Below are positions 1 to 10,900 of a DNA stretch of 32,000 nt, piece after piece. Under the pieces are notes generated by a model that searched no databases, was not told the DNA's origin, and saw only the letters and a program-made list of their open reading frames with translations. Each line of letters opens with the position of its first letter. Positions within the stretch are counted from its first letter, which is position 1. The stretch is from Acholeplasma laidlawii PG-8A (GTDB taxonomy: Bacteria > Bacillota_I > Bacilli_A > Acholeplasmatales > Acholeplasmataceae): positions 1,170,001 through 1,202,000 of the forward strand of contig NC_010163.1 of NCBI RefSeq assembly GCF_000018785.1. Reading direction: 5' to 3'. Made by a program: the position numbers and the translations under genes.

Positions 1-1960
1 ATCCTGGTGCTACCTCTTGTAGTTTAATTAAATTATTAAATTTATCATAGAATCTAACTTCATAATAAAGATATGTTTCATCAAATAATGCTTTAATGGT
101 GCGATTTTCTTTAACTGCTAAGCCGTTATTATCCCAACCGACAAATGTATATTTAATTTGATTTGTACTAGTTTTATAACCTACTGGGAATGTGACATTT
201 TGACCCCAACCAACTTGTATTTTGGTTGTTTCATCACCATTAATAAGTGTGACTTCATAACTAATTAAACGTGATCCCTTATTTAAGTTAATTGTCTTTT
301 CTGCTGTAATAAAGTCTAGTGTGCTACTCCAAGATATAAAGTAATATTCATAGCCTGTAGCTTGATTTGGATGATCCTTTAGGTAAGTTGTTAAATCTGG
401 TGCTACTGCATCTTTTCCATATAATACATATTGTGTATTTAAGATGGTTGCACCATCTGTAAAGGTAATTAAGTATTGTCCAGCTACTTCTTGGTAGTTT
501 GCATATACTAAAGTATCTGAGGTAATATTTTTATAATTTGCACCCCAAGAGATAAACTTATAACCAATTTCTTTTGTACCTTCTTTAAATGGTATACCTT
601 CTGGTAATATAGCTGTTTTACCATACTCGGTTTCTACAGTCTTATAAACTGTATCTTGATCAATCATAAATGTTACTTGGTAAGTTCTTGGACTTGATTT
701 AAACACAGGATATATTTCTAGATTTCCCGTAATAACAGTAAAATCTTGATCCCAACCATCAAATGTATAAATTTCAGATACACTTGATGGTTTGGTTGGA
801 TTATTTATTGGTTGAACTGCACTATTTAAATATTCAACAACTTGTACTTTATCAATGATTTTGCCAAAGGCATCGTAAAACGATACTTCATAATATCTAT
901 CTACTCTAATGAATTTAGGTCTTACATTTAAGTTTTCTGTAATATAAGCATAATCTTCTATCCAACCATCAAACTTATAGGCATCATTGCCTGCTGGTGC
1001 TTGAGTTGGCACCTCACTTGGATGTGCAGCCATATCACCATATAGTACTTGTTGACTAGATAAAATACTACCATCACCATTAAAGAAGTTTACTGTATAA
1101 CTTCTTCTAACTTCTTTGAACTGTGCAATTACATCCATACTTGTTGTAATACTTGAAATATCTTTATCCCAACCACTAAATTCATATTTGAATTCAGGTG
1201 TTTGAGCCTTAATAGGTAATACACTTGGTGGTTCTACACTAAATAAATACTCACCCATTTTTGTTTCTATATGCATACCATCAAAGTTATAGAATTTAAT
1301 TTCATAATATCTTTGAACTGGTGTAAAGATTGGATGAATATCCATTGACTCAGTAATTACTACATTAAAGTTATAATCCCAACCTTCAAAGTGATACGCA
1401 TAAGTATCATAAGTTTTTGTAGGTATTTTACTTGTAGGTTGAATATATTGATTATATTCACCTTTTTGACGCTCAAACAAATGACCATCACCGTCATAAT
1501 AATTAATTGTATAGTATCTATCCATTTGATGATACTCTGCACGTATTTGAGTTGGTTTTAAAATTTGAGTACCATTAAAATCAAATATCCAGCGCATATA
1601 TTCATAAACATATAATGCATTTTTATTCTTTAATGGAATTAACCCGTCTGGTTGTTGAACATATTGTCCATGTCTAATTTCTTCTTCATGAATTACTTTA
1701 TTGTTGCCATCTATAAACTGTACTAAGTGATATGCTTCTTCCCATTTAGCATAGACTTCAATGTCTTTTTCTTCGTTAAATACTTGGATACTTTGACCCG
1801 ATTTATTAGTAAGTTGAATCTCTATACCATCTTGATCATAATACCAACCTAAGAAGTTATATCCAAAGTATGTTGGTACATATAATTGATAGTGTTCATT
1901 GTCTAATACATATTGTAGATTTTCATTTGTTGTTTCATTAAGTTCTTCAAATGTTACTGT
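1..1960 (-). repeat. C-terminal InlB B-repeat (Flg_new/List-Bact-rpt-like) array, ~65-75 aa period
   Basis: Recurring YYEVSFYDAFGKIIDK...YTFDGWDQDFTVITGNLEIYPVFK-like units: GWYYDQDG, GWDYNFNVVITESMDI, GWDKDISSITTSMDV, GWIEDYAYITENLNV, GWDQDFTVITGNLEI, GWDNNGLAVKENRTI. Confidence 0.8.
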
Positions 1961-4900
1961 GTATAGTCTATTGTATGTACTTTCTTTAGATAGTGCTTGA
2001 ATGTGTGCTCTACTATCTTGAGCAAATACTTTTAACTGTGGATAATTTTCATTGAGTTCATTTAAGTTATAATTGGTTGACCAATGATCTAAGGGGCTTA
2101 CAAAATTCATTTGGTTAGAACTTGCACCAAATACATTTTGTCCAATCATGAATCTATGATCTAGTCCTTTAACATTATCACCATTAAAGGATGAACCGAC
2201 CGCACCTAGTGGTTTCGTGTGTGTTGTAGTATTTCGGTATGCACCTAATAAGGTTACATCAAAGTAACTATTATGAATACTTCCTGTATGGTAGAACCCT
2301 ACTAACATACCTATATGATTCTTACCATAGATAACGCCAGTGTTATAACTGTTGTATAGTGTTCCATTTAAGTATGCAGTTAAACCAGCTACATAATCAC
2401 TACCTGTAACTTTACCTTTATTGTATACATTTTTGATGACACCATTATTTGTAGCTGCAATACCAGCTACATATTGGTTCCCCACAATCACTGCCTGATT
2501 ATAAACATTTTCAATGACGCCATCATTGATTGCAGCAATGCCAGATACAGAATTTCTACCTGAAATATGACCTGATACACTAATATTTCTAACTTCACCG
2601 GTTGTACCTATATGACCAAATAATGCTTGATAGTCTAGTTGATTAGATACATGTACTCTAACATTGATACCTTTCCCATCTAAAATACCACTAAATGGTT
2701 TATCTTTTGTTCCTACAGGTGCAAATTTATAGTTGGACGGATGATCTACAAAGTTAAGTTCATCTATATCGCTACTTACTTCAAAATAAACACCTTTATA
2801 GGAATTACCATTGGTTGTACTATCAGCTAGTGCTAACCAGTCACTTTCATTTCTAATGAGGTAAGGATTTACCATGCTACCATCACCAACAATGAATGTA
2901 TGTGTTTCAACGGATTTTAAAGAGTCTTCTCTAACGTAGTCAAAACTACTGTTAGAAAACACAGTAAATTGTGGATAGAATGATGTAGAAATTAAACTTG
3001 GTAACATTTTGTATTTATTAGGGTTTGCAAGGTTCATGTTAGTAACTGATAAAGCGTGCATACCAATCATTTGACCGTGGTATAACCCGTTTGTTCTTAC
3101 ATCACTAGTTTTATTACCTACTGGATATTGAGGTTTTTTGTAACCTGATAAATCGCTTTGGTTGGTGACATCTATATCATAATAAATGGATGATAAATTA
3201 CCGTTTTCAATGAAACCGATAATAATACCAATGTCTTCAACACTATAGATTTCACCAAATTGGTAGACACTAGAAATTGAACCTGTGTTCATATAAGCAA
3301 CAATACCTGCAGCTTGACCTTTTTTACTTAAAATCATACCAGCGTTATAAGCTTCACTTAAATTACCAGCACTAAAGTTACCAACAATACCAGCGGCATT
3401 TTGGTTTGTAGCAATAATCTGTCCACTATTAAATACTTGATAGATAATAGAACTATTAGTACCAGCAATACCAGCAGCAATACTATCTTTTGCAAGAATA
3501 TGACCGCTGTTATAACTATTAGAAATTTCACCCATATTATGTCCTGTAATACCGGCAACGTTACTAAATCCAGTAACATCATTTCTATTATAGGCATCCA
3601 TAATTACACCATCATTTTGACCTGTAATACCACCTGTATATGATCCATTGGATGTTATTTTTCCTTGGTTAGTTACACGTTTAATTGTACCTTGGTTAAA
3701 TCCTACAATACCACCAATATCATTACCCAGTGTAGAAGTAATATGTGCATGATTATAAATATTTTCTATTGTACCTAAGTTTCTACCTGCTAAACCACCT
3801 AAATATGCATGTCCACGAATATTACCAGTAATGACCATGTTAGATACTTTAGCTGTTTCACCGATTGTGTGGAAGATACCAAGATATTCTGAATTTGTTG
3901 AAAGTTCAATAATAAATCTAGCTTGTTTACCATCAAAGATACCACCAAAGTTATATTCATTTGAACCAATTGGAGTATAACCTAGATCTTCTAAGGTTAA
4001 ATCAATTTGCGTAACTTTCGGTGCTACTTCAAAATATTTACCAACGAACTCATGGCCATCTCTAACATAATCACCAATGATCATCATGTCGTAACCATCA
4101 TAAATAAGATATGGATTTAACTTTGTTCCTAAACCTTCTAACTTATTATACGTAATACTTTCTAGTGAATCTTCTACAAAAACATTATATGCATGATCAA
4201 TGAATATATATAGTTCTGGGAAGTAGGTTGTAAAATCTGTTCCTTGTTTGGTTTGATATAAACTTTGATCAAAGTTCATTTGTGTAATATCATCACCTAA
4301 ACTATAGATAAATGTCATTTCACTTAATGTCCTAGCACTTACATGTGCGCTGTCTTCTACATTATAAATGGCATGTTTTACTAATTTATTTGAATCTAAT
4401 TGTTTCATATTTTCTATTTCTGTTGAATTATAATATGCATTTGAAATAAGTCCCTTATTTTCTACTACAATACCAGCAGCATAGCTATTTGCAGATAACT
4501 GGCCACTATAGAAAATTTCATTTATTTCACCTTCATGGATTGCAGCTATACCTGCTGCATAACTATTTGCAGTAATTGAAGTGGTTGCGTATGCATGTTC
4601 CAAACTCCCTTTAAAGTGACCAAATAAGCCACCAACATAGTTTGATTTAGAGGCATGAATTACACCACTTGAAAAGACATTCGTTAGAATAGATTCGGTT
4701 TCAATATAACCAATTAACCCACCAACATAGTTACTAGATGCATAAATTGAGCCCATAAAATATGTAGCATTTGCAGTGATTGTTTGACTGTGTCCTATCA
4801 TACCACCAACATAACTTAATCCTTCTACTACGCCCTTTAAGCTAATATTTAATAATTCAGTTATTTGGCTATCTCCTGCTAATAAACCAACATAATCATG

Positions 4901-7900
4901 ACCAGTTACGACCATATCTTTAATGTAAATATTAGAAACAACACCATTTAATCTACCCGCAAGTGCTCCAACGTAATGTTTACCTTGTACTTCTCCTTCG
5001 AGTAGAAGATCTTTAATCAGTGCATCTTCTGATACAACACCAAACAACCCTTGATAATCCTTATTTGGGTTTTCTATTTTTAAGTTTATAGTTTGATTAC
5101 TTCCATCAAATGTAGCCTTAAATGGATTACTATATGTACCAATTGGTTCATATAAGTTTTTAATTGGTTCAAAATCAATAATTGCATCTTGATAGACTTT
5201 ATAGACTTGATCGATAGTATCTAGACCATCTTTAACTGCAATACCTAATCCACGTAAGTCATAACTGCTATATATTAAATAAGGGTTTATTGAAGTACCT
5301 TCACCATAAAGAAGTGGATGCATTACAGAGTTTCTTGAATCAGTTGTAATGTGTGATTTAGATGATGTTTCAAATACTTTTAGTTGAGGATAGAATGCAT
5401 CAAATGCTTGACTTTGTCTTGATACAAAGACACCTGTTTCAAATGTTACAAATAACTGTTCAGATGTTAATTGATTTTTATACACTGCATTTGGACCGAT
5501 AGTGGATGGTTTAAAGTATCCACTTGTATCATTTAAGATAGGTTCAATGGCAAAGTAGGCATTTTCTATGACACTCACACCATCTGTTCTACCATATAAA
5601 CCTGAAATATAACCACTTCTTTCAGAGGTGATTGGACTTGCTTGATAGACGTTATATAAGTTACCACCTAAATAACCTGCGATACCACCTGTACCTCTTA
5701 GTGATGTACTTAAAGTAGAATGAATATTACCAACGTTATAGGCGTTTTTAATCATTCTATTTCTTACAATACCACCTGTAATACCACCTACATAGACACC
5801 AGTTGATTGTATATTTCCTGTATTAAATGTGTTTATGATGTCATGATTTGCATAACCTGATATACCACCAATATAGTTAGTACCTGTAATATGAGCTAGG
5901 TTATAACTATTTTCAATGATTCCATAGTTTCTACCTGATATACCACCAATAAAGTTAGTACCCTTAATACTACCTTCAACGCTGACATTCTTCACATAAC
6001 CGTTTGATCCAATAACACCAAATAAACCTTGGTATTCAAAGTTGTTATTTAAGTTAATATTAAATTTGACACCTTGGCCATCAAATGAACCTTGGAAATT
6101 GACACTGCTATTACCAATTGGTACATAAGGTATATCTAATAAGGTTAAATCAATATAGTCTACATCACTTGCTACTTTAAAGTAAGTATTTAACAAGCTA
6201 TAACGTGCCCCAATCATTTGACTTACAGATTCCATATCATAATGCGTTCTAATGATATATGGATCTTCAAAAGTTCCACTACCTTCATTAAACTTACTAA
6301 TGGTTACACTATCTTTAGAATAATCTTTAATTGGTTTATATATACTCTTTGAAAAACCTTTAATTTGTGGGTAATATGCATAGAAACCTACACTATTTTC
6401 AAATGTCCATTCATTTTCAAATACTAAGGTACCACTGTATAGTTTGTGACTTACAACACCATAGACACTATCTGTATTACCTTGATTTCCTGTTGCAATA
6501 AACGGTTTTGAATATCCTGTAATATCAGGGCTAACCTCTATTTTAGATTCATTGTAGTAAAGATTATATAACTCAGAAGCGTTTGATCCTACAATGCCGC
6601 CAACATAGGATGTCCCATAGATATTTGAAGATGCATATCCATCAGAAATAATGCCCGTATTATTACCTGAAATACCACCGATATGTTCGTTTCCTCTTAC
6701 ACTACCAATTGCGTAACTTACACGAACTTCTCCGTGGTTTGAGCCGGTTATGCCACCAACATTATCTTTACCTACTAAATCTGCTGTTGTAAATACATTT
6801 TCTATAACACCATAGTTTACACCAGCAATAGATCCTACAAAGTTATTTCCAGTGATACTTCCAGATACACTTAAATTCTTGACGTGAGCAGTATCTCCAA
6901 GATAACCAAATAATCCTTGATAATTTGATGAAGTATTCATCTTTACAACAAAATTCGTATGCGTACCATCAAAAGACCCTTTAAATTGTGTAGCGATTGA
7001 ACCAATAGGTTTATAGTTCACTTCATAAGTTAGATCGATAACCGATACATCTTCTTTAACTTTAAAGTAGATACCTTCAAAATCTATACCACTAGAAACT
7101 AAGTTAGAAAGTATTTCCATGTCATATTTATTGACAATTACATAAGGAACATCAAAACTACCTTCACCTACAAAAACATAGGATTTAACAGACTCGATAG
7201 AGTCTTTTTGAACGCGCTCACTTAGGTGAGTGCTAAATACTTTTAATTGTGGATAGAAAGCTTCAACACCATTTGTTTCAATAAATACCCATTCATTACT
7301 ATCTAGTGTCATATTAGATTGTCCTTTAAGCCCGACAATCTCTGTTTTACTTAAACCTTTAATATGTTCTTGATTGAGCTTGTTGCCAATGGATTGAATT
7401 GGTACATTATATCCTGTTGGGACTACGATGGAATCAATAATAGATGCATCATAATAAATATCTGATTCAAAGGTTGTACCTTCAATACGACCAATCAAGC
7501 CACCAAGATAACCTGTATTTTTACCTAAAATGACCCCAGCACTATAACCTTGAGAAATTTGACCGTTTCGGTGTGCACCTGTGATACCACCTATATAAGT
7601 TGCTGTTGTTGTACCTTCAACCATACCTCTGTTATAAACATAAGAAACATTATTAGCGTTATATAGATAACCTACAATACCACCAACTACTTGAACACCT
7701 TTAATATGTCCAAAGTTAAACACTTTACTAATTGTACTTGTTTGACTAAAACCGATAATACCACCAATATCTCTTGAGATTGCAGTAACATTGGCCATAT
7801 TATAGATATTATTTATATTGGAGTTTGTGCTTAAACCAATTAAACCACCAACATATCTTGTACCTAAAACTTCTGCATGATTAAAAATATTAGATATACT

Positions 7901-10900
7901 TGCACCATTGATTTCACCTGCAAGGGCACCAACATAATTTCTACCATGTACTTTACCAGTAATTTCAATATTTTTAACTTCTGCGTTTTGACCTAAATAA
8001 CCAAATAAACCTAAGTAATCTGTTGTAGTTTTTAATAATTCAATTTGGATTGTCACACCATTACCATCAAATCCACCTTTAAATTGTTGATTGATGCTTG
8101 CACTGTGACCAATACGTTCAAACCCTAAACCTTCTATCGTTAAATCAAGTAGACTTACACCATCTATTACCTTAAAGTATATGCCATCTAAGTTATTAGA
8201 TTTAGTGATGTCTGATAAAGCCTTCATATCCGCTTCATGACGAATGATATATGGGTTTGACTTAGAACCAGATCCATTCGCAAACCTAATTACACTTGTA
8301 TATAAGAGTGCATTTGTGCGTACCACACTACTTGCATGTTCTGCAAATGATTTTAATTGAGGATAGTAATCATATAAGCCATTTGTAGGGCTTAACTTCC
8401 ATAAATCATTACTTAATAAAATACCTTCTTGACTAAATACTTCTATACCTGTTAATGCTTCTTTTTCAACTTTAAAGTGATTAAATACAATTAGATTTCC
8501 AACAGCGTTATTTGGTTTAATAAAGCCATCTAAGATATCATCATAATAAATAATTGTACCATTATAATTTAAGTTTGAAATGAGTTCATTAGAACTAAAT
8601 CCTACAAGTGCACCCACATGGTTTTGACCATGGATCCTACCACCATAATAACCTTCATGAATGGTGCCTTCATTAAATCCTACAAGACCACCAACACCTT
8701 GGCTACCTGTAACATTTCCAGTACTAAACATTGTGTCTAGACTACCCTTATTATAACCTACTAAACCACCAACATTTTGGTTACCTGTAACATGAACCTT
8801 CGCATAGACATTTTCTATTTGTCCATCATTTTTACCAGCAACACCACCAACGTAGTTATTACCTTTTATAGTTCCTGAAACTGATAAATTTGAAATGGAT
8901 GCACCTGATGAAAGTTGACCAAATAGACCAACATAGTTTTTATCCATCATATCAAGTTCAATGATAAAGTGTGTATAGTCACCATCAAAGTGACCCTTAA
9001 ATGGTACATCTTGACCAATTGGTTTATAGTTTGTTCCAACTAAATTCATTTCAAATACATTTGGTGCAACGATATAGTATTTACCAAGTGCATCATATTC
9101 ATGTGATATAGAGTGTGAAAGTATTACCATATCATCTACATTTCTAATTAAATATGGACTTTCTTTTGTACCATCACCAGTAAATGGATTAGTTCTTGTT
9201 GAAATAATTGAATCATTTACAACATGTTCATTTGCATTTTCTGCAAAATATTTTAATTGAGGAAAATATGCATAATTGCCTTCAATTTCTTTAAAAGTCC
9301 ATGTGTTTAAATTAAAACCTCTTGTCAGCATTTGATCATTAAACATGGTTGCTTTATCAAGACCTTGGCCACCTAATGCATCACTTGGTTTAACATACCC
9401 TGATAATGGTGTAAAGGTTCTTAACATGGTGACTTCATAGTAGTTGTTTGTGTTTGTTAAATAACTTCCACTTGCTGAGGCATAGACCCCACCAACTCTC
9501 GATTTAGACGATACATACGCTGCATTATAGTTATATCTAATATTGGAGTTATTTTGGTAGCTTGCTAGTATTTGTCCAACAATACCACCCACTAAATCTG
9601 CTCCAATAACTTCACCTCTATTATAAGTATTATAGATATGACTTTGTAATCCTGCAGCCCCGACTACACCACCTACATAGTTTCCTGTGGATGTTACTTT
9701 AGCGTGGTTATATACGCGTTGTACGGTTGCACCTGTCATGTAACCTACAACACCACCGGTGTAGTGTCTTCCTTCTATACTTGCTAGGTTATAGACGTTT
9801 TCTACAGTACCACTAACTTGGTATGCCACAACACCTGATACATAATCATTTCCTTTAACAGATCCTGTAACATATAAGTTTCTTATCACACCAACACCAA
9901 AATAACCAAACAGTGCTTGGTAATCTTTTGTAGTATCTAAGGTATTTATATGAAACTCTGCGTTATTTCCATCAAACGTTCCATAAAATCTCTTTGTTGG
10001 TGTTCCAATGGGTTCGTAATCTTCAAAGACGAATCTTGTTACACCATCTGCTACCTTAAAATAGAACCCTTCAAAGGTATTCCCGTTTTTGACTTTGTTA
10101 TTAAGTTCGATAAAGTCTTCTTCATTATAGATAATAAACGGCATATCCGATGTACCCATACCATCTTTAATATCTAATGTGACTGACTCTTTAGATCTAG
10201 TTTTAGTTGTTGCTACTTCATTTTGACTAAATACTTTGAGTTGTGGGTAATACCCTAACTCATCCGTTTTTTCTTCAAAGTAAAAGTGTGTATTAGGTAA
10301 GAGTGCACTACCTTGAATCATTTGGCTCGTATTTTTTGCGTGTAATGCTGTTTCTAAACTTGATGGTTTGATTAACCCTTCTGGTTGATAATAATTAGCG
10401 ATTACGATAACATCGTAATATAAATTGGTAAGTCCTAAGTAGCTACCACCTGAGGCTACTCCATATACACCACCAACAGATCCTTTACCCGCTACTTTAC
10501 CTCTACTATAAACATGTCTTAAATAACTATTATTTGTATATGCTGCATAAATACCACCAGTAATACCACCGACATAAGTACCACCAATAATCTCACCTAT
10601 ATTATAGGCGTAATCTAATATACCATTATAGTAGGTTTGACCGGTAATACCACCGACATAGTTTTCAGTACCTGTGATGTTTGCTGTATTATATACATTT
10701 TGTACTCGGCTTCCTGTATGATACCCTACAATACCTGATACATAATTTCTACCAGTTACACTTCCAGATACCGATAAGTTTTCTATCACACCTGTTGTGT
10801 GATAACCAAATAAACCTTGGTAATCACTATCTGGTCGATTAATATCCAATATAAAGTTTGCACCATTTCCATCAAATGAACCTAAAAATGGTTTAGTTGG

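Noticed and set aside
1360-3643. Short ORFs 1360-1542 (-), 3358-3597 (-), 3401-3643 (+)
   Set aside because: Off-frame or antisense to the giant CDS with low-complexity hydrophobic products.
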